DNA of 64,000 bases, from positions 71,989-135,988 of IMG/VR virus record IMGVR_UViG_3300037483_001478. One strand, given 5' to 3'. Source of the DNA: a virus. This document shows positions 1 through 10,800 of this stretch, one piece after another. Both the position numbers and the translations under genes were made by a program. The notes under the pieces are model-generated. The model worked only from the letters and a program-made list of their open reading frames with translations. It ran no database searches and was not told where the DNA came from. Numbering within the stretch: position 1 is the first letter of the stretch; every line of letters starts with the position of its first letter.

Positions 1-453
1 AAAGCTAGGCCTTTGGTAGAAATTGCCAGGTCGACTCCGGGGTACGGAGGGAAAGCCAGAGAAGTGGCTCGAGAGTTGTCGAGGCGCGGCTGGACAGGCG
101 AAGGTAACGTTACGAAGTATCTTCCTGTAGGGTCAAAAGGGTTGGCAGCAACTTTTGCTGCGCCGGTAGTGGGCGACGTAGCCCGATCCCAGAAAGCGAC
201 GCCTACAGGGGAGGGTGGCGCGGTGGAAAACCTTCTAGGCGGGGTAGGTATGACTTTGGGAGGTATTGCTTCTACACGTTTAGGAGTGCTTCCTGGGCTT
301 GGAATGTTTACGCTGGGTAGTCAAGGGGGTAAGGGTCTTGGGAGGGTAATAGATCGCTTTCGCGCAGGCGCTTCTCCTTCTCAGGCATTGTTTGCTCCAT
401 CTCCTCAGGAAGCTGCTGAGCAGCTCCAAAACATCGGCCGGTACTACGGGTGA
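1..453 (+). CDS. Glycine-rich hypothetical virion protein, 5'-truncated by window edge
   Basis: Frame is open from base 1 (KARPL-VEIAR...); Gly-zipper-like segment GGVGMTLGGIASTRLGVLPGLG; stop 6 nt before the portal ATG. Confidence 0.6.
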   Translation, partial: KARPLVEIARSTPGYGGKAREVARELSRRGWTGEGNVTKYLPVGSKGLAATFAAPVVGDVARSQKATPTGEGGAVENLLGGVGMTLGGIASTRLGVLPGLGMFTLGSQGGKGLGRVIDRFRAGASPSQALFAPSPQEAAEQLQNIGRYYG

Positions 454-459
454 TAAAAC

Positions 460-3400
460 ATGAGCTCAGTTAACGCACTGGATTATGGCGCCTCGGGAGC
501 GCTGCGCTTTGCGCGCAACACAGGCAGGTCTTTGACCAGTGAATCGCTGGGTTCGATCCGCTACCCTTCGCCTTTCTTCGACATCGCCCACACGTATCTT
601 CCAACCTCGTTCAAGTCGATGCTGCGGTGGTGCCGCTACTACTTTCTGACACACCCCATCATCAATGCGGTGTGTTACAAGAAGGCGGAGTACCCTGTCA
701 CCGACCTGATCTTGGACGGAAAAGACGAGTCGCAACGAACACAGTGGGAATACCTATTCAACACGGTGTTCAACTACAAGAAGTTCGAGATCGAGGTGGG
801 CCTGGACACGGAGTGCTACGGTAACTCGTTCGTGTCGATCTCCTACCCGTTCCGAAAGCTGCTTATGTGTTCTTCCTGCCGGCGTATGGAGCAGGTAGAG
901 CGCGTAAAGTACGTCTTTCGCGACTTCAAATTTGTGGGAAAGTGCAGAAGCTGCGGGCACTACGGCGAGTTTGTGGTGCGAGACCACTATGTGCGTTCGG
1001 TGCGCGAACTTCGCCTCATTCGGTGGAACCCTGAGTACATCACGATTCAACACAACGAAGCTACCGCGGAGGACCGATACTACTACACGGTACCCGTCAC
1101 TTTGGCGAATGATATCCGCCTTGGCAAGCGCCACGTCATAGAACGAACTCCTCAAATCTTCATGGAGGCGTTGCGCCTCAACAAGTCTCTGCTGTTCAGT
1201 AAGGGGAACTTGTTCCACATTCGCCGGCCAACGATTGCCCAGAAGGACCGCGGCTGGGGAATGCCTGCAATCCTTCCGGTCCTCAAAGATGCGTTCTACT
1301 TGCAGGTCTTGCGGAAGAGTCAAGAAGCAATTTCGATCGAGCACATTGTCCCACTGCGTCTACTGTTCCCCCAGACGGCTTCCGGAAGTGCTGACGTATA
1401 TTGTGTGTCTCTCGACACCTTGGTGGAAACGAGTGAAGGGCTGCTTCCTGCAAGAGAAGTCAATGCAGGGTATTTGGTGAAGACACACTCCGGCAACTGG
1501 AAGGCGGTGGAAGCGGTAGCGGATCGCTTACTGGGTAAGTCGAAAGCTTACAAGCTTACAGCAGCAGGGCTTACAGCATTCCCTTCTATCTTGTCCGAAG
1601 AACACCCTGTTCTGGCGGCCAAGCGAGGGAAAAGGGGCGGATATGCCCAAGTGCAGGAGCCCGATTGGCTGAGGACTGAAGAGCTAGAAGTGGGAGACTA
1701 CGTTCTGTACCCCACGAAGCGCAGGGTGTGGGAAGGAACCGTCAGCGTAGACCTAGCAGATTGTGCGCCTGATCTTGCGCACACGGAAGAATACCTGTAC
1801 CGAAAGCTAGACCTCGAGAGCGCATGCATCTACGAATTTTTGGAGGCTGAAGGAAGTATTCCAGCCTTTGAGCGAGGACGCCGAGAAGCGTTCCTAGCAG
1901 AAAAAAATTGGAGCCTGGGTGCTTGGACCAACGCCCGACAAGCTTACCAATGCGGGGAAGTCGACCGCATACCTCGGCATGTCCCTGTAACCAAAGAACT
2001 GGCCTACGCCATTGGGATTTTCGTGGCGCGAGGGGGGGTCTCGGACAGCTCAGTCAATTTCGCAGTCCATCAATCCAGGGCCTATCTGGCGGACGTTCTT
2101 CAGGCAATATTCTCGCGCTTAGGCTTTCTGCGTAAAGGACCTTTGGAAGTGCGCCCTAATAGCGAGAATGGGATAACCATCAAGAGCTACGACACCTTGT
2201 TAGGGAATTTTCTGACGCATCTGTGCGGGCGCGGAGCGTTAAACAAGAGGCTTCCCAAGATCATACAAGAAGCTCCTGGTGAAATAGCCATGGAAGCGGT
2301 CCGTGGCTTGATGCAAGAGGACGGATCAAACATTCGCACGACAATGCGAAGAGTTGGTTTTTCCTCTATGAACCCAAACTTGGTCATGGGTGTTCGGCAG
2401 ATTCTTCTTTCAGAAGGGTTCATACCCGTAGTCTCCAAAGGAGAGCCTGCGGAAGAGAGCTATGGTCAGTGCGCTTCCTATAACCTCAACTTGAATGAAA
2501 AGCAGGCAGAATCCTTGGCGGCGCGGTTTGGCTGGGAACAAGCCGAAGGCTCTTGGGGAGGTAGTCAGGTTGGGTTCATTCGCGATGGCTATCTGTACCT
2601 TCGTGTGCGCGCCAAGGAGCAAGTACTTGGTGTTCCAATAGTGCGCGGATTCCAGGTAGAAGGCGACAAGAGTTTTTGCGTAGCAGGCGTCGCTACGCAC
2701 AACAGCTCAATGAATTTGCTACAATGGCGCGACAAAATCGAGCAGGAGATCATTCGTTGGCGTCTCGATAACAACTACATCCCCATCATGCCTGTTCCTG
2801 TTGGCCAACAGACTCTTGGAGGAGACGGGCGATCACTGATGCTCAATCAAGAGTATCGCGTATGGTCAGAACACATTGTTGTGGGGATGCACACCCCAGT
2901 AGAATTCGTGTTCGGGGGCGTGTCCTACAGTGCATCCAACGTGACCTTGCGCATGTTGGAGAACCATTTCCTCGAAGGACGATCTCAGCGCCTTAGCATG
3001 GTGCGGGACTTCATTATCCCCGGCGTATCTTCTTTCATGGGGTGGACTCCAATAAACGCGCGGTACAAGCGCTTTAAGATGGCAGACGATCTGCAACGGT
3101 CTGCTTTCAACCTACAGCTCAACCAGGGTGGTAAGCTTTCCGACTACTCGATGATGGAAGACCTCGATTGGGATGCTGAGGTCGAAGCTGAGCGCATTGC
3201 AAAGGAGCAGAAGAAGGTTCTAGAAAACCAGAGATCGCAGGCTACGGCGCAAGCTGCCATCCAAGGGGAGGCCCAGTTGGTGGGGGCCAAATATCAAATC
3301 CGCGCGCAGAAGTTTATGCAAGAGCAGATGCCGGCAGCGCCTATGATGCCCGGTGCGCCCGGTCAAGAAGAAACCCCAGAGGCGGGAATGCCTGCTGGCC

Positions 3401-3753
3401 AAGGAGAGGCCCCTGGACAAATGCCTCAGGCGCCGCAGATACCCGACTTAGCGGGTGAGCAAGGGCAGGGGTCGGACCCAATGGCTGCAGCTGTATCCCC
3501 TCTTGCCGCGCAGCAACAGCCTATGCAGCCAGACTTGTTGACGGTAGCACGCAAGATTGCCTCATGGTTGGATCAGCTACCTGACAATGAGAAGATGCAG
3601 AGCTTAGACCAGCTGCACCAACAGAATCCTCAGCTGCACCAGTTGGTTATTCAGTTCTTGGAGGCCAGCCGAGGGGCGGAACTAGACTCTTCCGCTGCTC
3701 CTTTACCGAACGAACGCGCGCCCCGTAGGGGGCCAGAAGCCACGATAGTCTAG
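460..3753 (+). CDS. Portal protein (intein-containing) with CxxC...CxxC insertion and Gln/Pro-rich C-terminal tail
   Basis: 1097 aa; extein sequence (YPSPFFDIAH, WCRYYFLTHPIINAV, GWGMPAILPVLKD, HIVPLRLLFP, GMHTPVEFVFGG) resembles large-phage portals; lies in the head module. Confidence 0.75.
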   Translation: MSSVNALDYGASGALRFARNTGRSLTSESLGSIRYPSPFFDIAHTYLPTSFKSMLRWCRYYFLTHPIINAVCYKKAEYPVTDLILDGKDESQRTQWEYLFNTVFNYKKFEIEVGLDTECYGNSFVSISYPFRKLLMCSSCRRMEQVERVKYVFRDFKFVGKCRSCGHYGEFVVRDHYVRSVRELRLIRWNPEYITIQHNEATAEDRYYYTVPVTLANDIRLGKRHVIERTPQIFMEALRLNKSLLFSKGNLFHIRRPTIAQKDRGWGMPAILPVLKDAFYLQVLRKSQEAISIEHIVPLRLLFPQTASGSADVYCVSLDTLVETSEGLLPAREVNAGYLVKTHSGNWKAVEAVADRLLGKSKAYKLTAAGLTAFPSILSEEHPVLAAKRGKRGGYAQVQEPDWLRTEELEVGDYVLYPTKRRVWEGTVSVDLADCAPDLAHTEEYLYRKLDLESACIYEFLEAEGSIPAFERGRREAFLAEKNWSLGAWTNARQAYQCGEVDRIPRHVPVTKELAYAIGIFVARGGVSDSSVNFAVHQSRAYLADVLQAIFSRLGFLRKGPLEVRPNSENGITIKSYDTLLGNFLTHLCGRGALNKRLPKIIQEAPGEIAMEAVRGLMQEDGSNIRTTMRRVGFSSMNPNLVMGVRQILLSEGFIPVVSKGEPAEESYGQCASYNLNLNEKQAESLAARFGWEQAEGSWGGSQVGFIRDGYLYLRVRAKEQVLGVPIVRGFQVEGDKSFCVAGVATHNSSMNLLQWRDKIEQEIIRWRLDNNYIPIMPVPVGQQTLGGDGRSLMLNQEYRVWSEHIVVGMHTPVEFVFGGVSYSASNVTLRMLENHFLEGRSQRLSMVRDFIIPGVSSFMGWTPINARYKRFKMADDLQRSAFNLQLNQGGKLSDYSMMEDLDWDAEVEAERIAKEQKKVLENQRSQATAQAAIQGEAQLVGAKYQIRAQKFMQEQMPAAPMMPGAPGQEETPEAGMPAGQGEAPGQMPQAPQIPDLAGEQGQGSDPMAAAVSPLAAQQQPMQPDLLTVARKIASWLDQLPDNEKMQSLDQLHQQNPQLHQLVIQFLEASRGAELDSSAAPLPNERAPRRGPEATIV
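1402..2703 (+). mobile_element. Intein (434 aa) in portal with degenerate LAGLIDADG endonuclease domain
   Basis: N-terminal block CVSLDTLVETSEG; C-terminal FCVAGVATHN followed by Ser +1; LAGLIDADG-like motifs YAIGIFVARGG and VRGLMQEDGS. Confidence 0.92.
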
Positions 3754-3755
3754 CT

Positions 3756-3778
3756 AAAAAGAGGGCCACAGCCCTCTT
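3756..3778 (-). terminator. Intrinsic terminator for the minus-strand ORFs
   Basis: 8-bp stem AAGAGGGC/GCCCTCTT with 4-nt loop and a T-tract on the minus strand, directly after the stop of ORF 3780-4103 and facing the portal stop. Confidence 0.7.
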
Positions 3779-3779
3779 G

Positions 3780-4103
3780 CTAGGTGATTCTTCGAACGCA
3801 CGCAGGGCAGATCTGCTTGTGCAACCAGTTGAACTCCCGGCGCACTTTTCTATCTATCTCCTTTTGAATAGCCTCGTCGAAAAAGTACAGTTGGAAGCAG
3901 TCCCAACTGCAAAAGTCTACCTCTTTCTTGAACGAGTTGGGGGTCGGAGGCCGGTAAGCCATGCTGACTTCTACCTTGCGTGGGTCTAAGTCAGCATGGC
4001 ATTGGTCGCAAAATACAGAACGTCGCAACCTCATCAAGACCACCCAGCAGGTACGTAGGGCCGAAGGTTTATGTTTAGGTCGGACTCTACGCAGATAAAG
4101 CAT
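3780..4103 (-). CDS. Small Cys-rich (putative Zn-binding) hypothetical protein
   Basis: CDQC, CSWDC, CPAC motifs; followed by a terminator. Confidence 0.55.
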   Translation of the reverse strand: MLYLRRVRPKHKPSALRTCWVVLMRLRRSVFCDQCHADLDPRKVEVSMAYRPPTPNSFKKEVDFCSWDCFQLYFFDEAIQKEIDRKVRREFNWLHKQICPACVRRIT

Positions 4104-4519
4104 AGATCTCCGCCGCGGCGCGGGCGAAATTTGGAAATTGGCACTTTGGCGTGTACCACAATTGAACCTATCTCCAAGTGCACAGCTAGGGACGCTGCAG
4201 GACTCGATGAAGGCTCAATGGATTGGCAACAGAGGGTGCACCACCCTTTAGATAGATTGTCTAGGTGGGAATCTAGGTCGAAGTAGTCATCTCGCGATAT
4301 GCCTAAGCGATCTGAACACTCCTCGCAGATATACAAAGCTAAATTGCCGTCGACGAGGCGCAGCGCGGAAAACTGCGGAATGTGGTCTCGGCTGTAGCTT
4401 ATCTCGCCTAGTTGGAGCCGGACCAGGTTTTCCCCAGCCCGGCCATTGCACTCAATACAGCGGAAACTAGCCCCCACTGCTCCCCGCCCACCGCTCAAGC
4501 ATCCGGCCCAGTCCGCCAA
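4034..4519 (-). CDS. Cys-rich (putative Zn-ribbon) hypothetical protein; true start may be a downstream GTG
   Basis: CIEC, CEEC, CTLCC, CFIC motifs. Confidence 0.5.
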   Translation of the reverse strand: MADWAGCLSGGRGAVGASFRCIECNGRAGENLVRLQLGEISYSRDHIPQFSALRLVDGNLALYICEECSDRLGISRDDYFDLDSHLDNLSKGWCTLCCQSIEPSSSPAASLAVHLEIGSIVVHAKVPISKFRPRRGGDLCFICVESDLNINLRPYVPAGWS

Positions 4520-4559
4520 TGAAGCCGGCTACGAACATCCACACAGCAACGGAAAACAT
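4467..4559 (-). CDS. Putative 30-aa hydrophobic micro-protein (MFSVAVWMFVAGFIGGLGRMLERWAGSSGG)
   Basis: ATG directly abuts the TGA of the upstream micro-ORF (TGAATG coupling); one hydrophobic helix. Confidence 0.35.
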   Translation of the reverse strand: MFSVAVWMFVAGFIGGLGRMLERWAGSSGG

Positions 4560-4649
4560 TCAATCATCCCCACTTTCTTGCTGAGGCTCTTCCTCTTCAG
4601 CCTCCGGGACGTCTGGCACGTCCTCAAACACATTCTCTAAATAGTCCAT
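4560..4649 (-). CDS. Putative 29-aa acidic micro-protein (MDYLENVFEDVPDVPEAEEEEPQQESGDD)
   Basis: ATG at 4649, TGA at 4560-4562; strongly acidic, protein-like composition; coupled to the next ORF. Confidence 0.35.
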   Translation of the reverse strand: MDYLENVFEDVPDVPEAEEEEPQQESGDD

Positions 4650-4747
4650 TGAATTAGTCCCCACTTTCAATGCCCCCTATCTACTAAGAGTGAGCTACCA
4701 GTAGCCACTCATAGTGCTTATACCGTAATAGTTGTTGGGTTTTATCA

Positions 4748-4776
4748 TTGACGCTATAGAGGCTCCTGCGTAGGAT
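4748..4776 (+). promoter_or_regulatory. Sigma70-like promoter upstream of the RNA polymerase gene
   Basis: TTGACG-17 nt-TAGGAT, 68 nt upstream of ATG 4844. Confidence 0.5.
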
Positions 4777-4843
4777 GTGGGGGATTACCCTGACTTCTGA
4801 GCCTAGGCAGTGAGCGCTGCCGGAAAAGCCGAGCGAGGTCACT

Positions 4844-7800
4844 ATGACGCTGTTCAGCCCTACTGAGGCGCACAACCAGCTGCGCGACCGTGTTGCCTCC
4901 ACTATCAAAAGCTACTTCCCGGTTTCTGGCAGGAATCTGGAGCTGCGTGCCAACAAGGTATGGGTGGCGGAGCCTGAGCCAGGGGAGGCAGAAGACGTAG
5001 AAGCTCAGCAAAATGCCAAGCTGAGGGGGCAGACATGGTCCGATAACGTCTATGCCGAGCTCGAGCTACGAGACAAGGCCACGGGGAAAGTAATAGATCG
5101 AAAGGCTGCCGTGGTAGGAGAAGTCCCAAAAATCACTCGGCGCTACAGCTACATAGTGGATGGCAACGAGAAACAGATCACCAATGTCCTTCGTTTGAAG
5201 CCAGGGGTGTACTCCCGCATAGCGGACGATGGAACACTCAAGGCGCAGTGGAACTTTGCTGGAAAAGCTTTTGACCTGAAGTTCGACCCTAGCTCTCACA
5301 AAATGCTTATCACTCCAGCAGGCACCACCAAGAACGTGCCGCTTTACCCCATTTTGAAAGCGTATGGTGTAGATGACGATACCTTAGAGAAGAAGTGGGG
5401 AAAGCAGATCCTCAGCGTTAACAAAGCGCAGGACTCAGAAAAGGCTCTGAAAGACTTCTACATGGCGTTCAAGGGCAAGGCGCCTCCTTCGAACAAGGAC
5501 CTAAAGGAAGGGATTCGCACATTCTTTGACTACGTAGATTTAAACCCGGACAGCACGAAGCTCACCCTAGGTAAGCCTTACACCAAGGTGGACGGGGCTA
5601 GTTTGACAGACAGTGCCACTAAGCTGCTCAGCATCTCGCGTAAGACGGCTGAGCCGGACGAGCGAGAAGGCCTACAGTTCAAGGAGATTGTGGGAATAGA
5701 AGACTTCGTAGCAGAGTCACTAAATTCTTTCAAATCCAAGAAGCGCATTCAGGGCAGGCTGCTTAACGCCTTACGGGACAAGAAGACGGCGAAGGTATCT
5801 TCCTTAGTTTCACCTAACCTATTTGGCCGCCCCATCAATGAGGTGTTCACGTCGTCCGTGGCGGAAAACGCGACCCAGACGAACCCACTGATGTTCATCT
5901 CCGGCCATCGTCAAACCACTTTAGTGGCGCCGGGGTACGGGGGCATTAGCAAAGACCAGCAGATCTCGATGGCGGATAAGTCTTTGCACTCCTCGCAGAT
6001 TGGGTTCCTAGACCCGCTCATGACTCCCGAAAGCCCACGCATCGGGGTCAATTTGCAGCTAGCTACTGCTACACGCAAGGAAGGCAAAGACCTCAAGACG
6101 CGCGTACGGGACGTCAAGACAGGGGAGCTCAAGTGGATCGACGCAGCAGAGGCCTCTGCGAGTAACGTAGCCTTCCCCGACCAATACCGCTCGAAGGGCG
6201 GCAAGCTGGTACCTGCTTCAGATAGCGTGAAAGTAGTAGACGGTAGAGGTAATATCAGATCGATTGCTCCTAAAGACGTCAAGTACATGTACGCCCACGC
6301 CTCGGGTATGTTTGACGTTGCCTCCAATCTCATCCCGTTTCTACAAAACAATCAGGGCAACCGCACAATGGTAGCTTCTCGCCAACTTGGGCAGGCTATA
6401 TCTCTGGTCGAGCGGGAAGAACCCCTTGTGCAAAACTATGGACCCAAAGTCTCAATAGAAAAGGGCGTTGGAGGATTTGCGGCTGCACGCACAGGGGCAG
6501 GAGGCACTGTCGAGAAGGTCACTCCAGACGCCATCATCATCCGCAAGGAGAACGGAGAGAAAGCGCAGGTACCTCTGTATAATAACTTTCCTCTGAATGA
6601 GCCTACAGGACACCTCAGCTCTAATCCGTTGGTAAAAGAGGGAGACAAAGTAAAAGCAGGGCAAGTCGTATCCGACACGAATTTTACGAAAAATGGTACG
6701 CTCGCTCTCGGCACCAACCTCAAGGTGGCCTACACTCCTTTTCGCGGCTACAACTTTGAAGATGGCATCGTCATCTCGGAAACTGCTGCGAAGAAACTTA
6801 CTAGCGATCATCTCTATCGAAAGGGCGCGGTTGCAGGGGAAGGGGCTATACTCGACAAGAAAAGGTTCTTGGCGCACACGGCAGGCAACCTAACGCTAGA
6901 CCAAGCGGCCAAGTTAGGGGATGACGCTATAATCAAGGTAGGCCAGGTCGTAAGACCTGGCGACGTTCTCATCGGCTTGTTGAAGAAAGAAACTACGCGC
7001 CCCGAAGACCAAAAGATAGCCCTACTATCCAAGAATATGCTGAATCCTGTACGCGCTCGTGAAGTGCGTTGGGAGCAAGACATTCCTGGAGAAGTGGTAC
7101 GAGTTCACAGGTTAGGGGATGAAGTAGCAGTACATGTTCGGGCCCTGGCTCCTGCACGCATTGGTGATAAGATAGTCGGCAGGCACGGCAACAAGGGTAT
7201 CATAAGTGCGGTCATCCCAGACCAAGAGATGCCTTCTACAAAAGATGGGCAGCCCATGGAGGTGCTTCTCAACCAGTCTGGCGTACCTTCCCGGATCAAC
7301 CTTGGGCAAGTGCTAGAAACAGTCGCATCTAAGATCGCAGACAAGACGGGCAAGCCCTACGTCGTCAACAATTTCGACCCCACCGTTCCGGATTATGCGC
7401 GCAAGGTAGCTGCGGAGCTAGAAGAGCACGGCTTGAGCGACACGGAGGCCTTATTCGACCCTAAAACGGGAAAGAAGATGGGTGATGTACTGACAGGCAA
7501 GCAGTACATTTTGAAGCTCCACCACACTGCGGACAAAGGGCTCATCGTGCGGTCTCGGGCAGGCTACAGCTCCGATCAAATTCCGCAGAAGGGCGGACCT
7601 CACGGCGGCCAGACCATGGACGCTATGGGCTTGTACTCCCTGCTAGCGCACGGAGCCAAAGAGAACATACGAGAATTTCAAGCGCTCAAGGGTACACGCA
7701 ACGACGACTTCTGGCATAAGCTGCAAGCAGGCGACCCCATTCCGCCGCCAGATATCCCATTCGCCTACAAAAAGCTTGAAGGGTTACTTCGAGGAATGGG

Positions 7801-10800
7801 GGTCGATACCGTAAAGACGGGCAATAGCCTGTTCCTTCGTCCGCTAACAGACAAGCGCACATTGGAAATGAGCAACGGAGAGCTCACAGACGCGGGTAGG
7901 GCGCTCAAAGCTAAGGACGCGAAGCCAGAAAAGGGCGGCATCTTTGACCCTAATGCGACAGGAACGACGTCTATAGAGCGCGGTTTGGGAGACAAGTGGA
8001 GTCACATCACCTTGCCCGCACGCACGCTTAACCCTGTATTCGAAAAGCCTGCGGCTACGTTGCTAGGGCTTACAGAATCGCAGTTGGAGAATGTGCTGCT
8101 AGGCAAGGAAAAGATCGGAGATATCTCGGGCCCTAGAGCAGTTGTAGATGCCTTGCGCAAGGTGGACGCCAGCAAGCGAGAGAAGGAGCTTAGAGACCAG
8201 CTCCCGACGATGCGCAAGACTGCACGCAACAAAGCAGTCAAGGAGTTGAAGTACCTGACTGCGCTTAAAGAAGCGGGACTAACCCCCAAAGATGCGTACA
8301 CGATGAAGCATTTGCCGGTGCTACCCCCGACAATGCGCCCGGCCACCGTCTTGGATAATGGGTCCATTCAATTTGATGACGTCAACCGACTCTACTCTTA
8401 TGTCGGTATGATGAAGTCTCAGCTCGACACAGCTGACGCCTCTACCCCCAAGGATTACTTGAACGACATGGAAAGCTCCATGTACGACATGGTGAAAGGT
8501 CTCAGCCTGCAGGGGTACAATAGTCGAGGAGAGTACGCCAACACTACGCAGCACCGCAGGAGCATCGCGGAACTTGTTACAGGCATACGAGGAAGGCAGC
8601 AGCCCAAAGATGGGTTTTTTCAGAACAAGGTGATTGGCAAACGGCAGGATATGTCCATGCGCGGAACTATCGTGCCGGAACCTTCTATGTCGTTAGATGA
8701 AGTCGGCATACCCCGCAAAGCGGCTGAGGAGCTTTACAAGCCTTTGGTGGTGCGGCGCATGGTACAGATGGGTATGACCACTTTGCAAGCGCAAGATGAG
8801 ATCAAGCGTGGCAGCACTCTGGCCAGGTCTGCCCTAGAAACAGAAGTAGCAGAGCGGCCCATACTTTTAAAGCGCGACCCCGTATTGCACAAATACGGTG
8901 TCCAGGCTTTTAGGCCGAAGCTTGTAGAGGGCAACATCATCAAAATCCACCCACTGGTCACACAGGGGTATTCTGCTGACTTCGACGGCGATAAAATGTC
9001 TGCATTCGTACCTATTAGCGACAAGGCAGTGGCCGAAGCGCACAAGATGCTTCCGTCCAACAATCTATTTAGCCCATCCACGGGGCTCCTTATGGCTAAA
9101 CCTCAGCAGGAGGCTATCGTCGGCTTATACGACCTTACCAAGATCAACCCTGGCAAAGCCCAGACGTTTGCTACTGCTAAAGAAGTGGTGGCTGCGTACA
9201 GCGCGGGAAAGCTGTCGGTTAAAGATCCCATCCATCTGAACAGTACAGACGGGGCGGCGCTGGACAACGTAAAGCTGGCTGCGGGTACACCCACTACGTT
9301 GGGCAGGATGCTCGTTTATCATGCACTACCTGAATATGCGCGCAACCAGGCGACGCTCACAGACCCTAATTTCCGATTAACTAAGGGCTCTGTGGGGGAT
9401 CTCCTCACTCAGGTAGCGGAAAAGGATAAGGGTAGTTTTGGGAAAGTTGCGGACCGTTTGAAAGACCTCGGCAACGACCAGTCAACAGGCATGTCTATCC
9501 GCCTTCGGGACTTCTTCTCTGACAAGGAGTCTAGAGACACTGAGGTAGCGAAAGCCGGTAAGCAAGAAGCCAAGATAAGATCGTCGAGCATGTCTGTGGC
9601 TGAGCAAAACAACGCTATCGTAGAGCTCTATAAGAAGACGGCTGACACGGTATTGGCCAAAGCTGAGAAGAAAATCAAAGCAAGTGACAACCTGATGTAC
9701 GACTGGGTGAGGTCTAACGCTCGAGGCAACTGGAATCAGTTTCGCCAGATTGCGGTAGCTCCTTTTCTAGTGGCAGACTCGCAGAATCGCCCAGTTCCGG
9801 TGCCTATCACAAAGTCGTACTCTGAAGGTTTGGACATCGGCTCTTACTGGGCCGCAATGCATGGAGCGCGCATGGGTACCATTGCGCGGGTGGAAGGTAC
9901 GGCGGAGCCGGGTGTCCTATCCAAGCGACTTATGCAGGCCACCATGAACCAAGTGGTGACTAAAAACGACTGTGGTACTCATAACGGCGTCACTCTGTCG
10001 GTTGAGGACAAAGACGCCCTCAACCGGTTTACTGCTCGCCCTATTCAGTTGGGGGCAAGGTCTGGACAGGACAAAGGAACAATACCGGCCAAGAGCCTAG
10101 TGACGCCGGATCTTGTAAATCGATTGCGTAACAACAAGGTGATGGAGGTGACGGTACGAAGCCCCTTGAAGTGCGAGTTATCCGAGGGTGTGTGCGCTAT
10201 CTGCTACGGCTACAACGAGAGTGGGCAGCTGTCAGACAAAGGAACCAACCTAGGGGTCATTGCTGCACACTCTTTGGGAGAGCCTGCTACTCAGCTAGCC
10301 ATGAAGGTGTTCCACGAAGGGGGTCTAGTAGGGTCAAAGGCCACAGAGTCGACGCATATGTTTGAGCGGCTCCAACAGCTTACCAGCATACCCGAGAAGC
10401 TGCCGGGAGTCGCTACGTTGGCCCATACGGAAGGTCCTGTGGAGAAGGTACAGCGAGACGCGGCAGGCGGTTGGTCAGTGTTTATTCAAGGGCGCAGACA
10501 CTACGTCCCTTCGTCGCGTGACCTGCTGGTGAGCAAAGGCACCATCGTCAAGAAGGGTGATCCTTTGTCATCAGGGCCTAAACACCCGCAGGAGGTTTTG
10601 CAACTGAATGGTATGCCTGCTGTCCAGCAGTACCTCACGGACTCGCTGTGGGATGTGTACAAAAACGAAGGACCGGTACAACGCAGGAATGTTGAGACCT
10701 TTGTGCGAGCTATGACAAACACTGCCAGGGTGGTCGATCCGGGTGACCACCCGGTTTGGATGCACAACGATACTGTACCTGCCACCGCAGTGGCTGCGTA

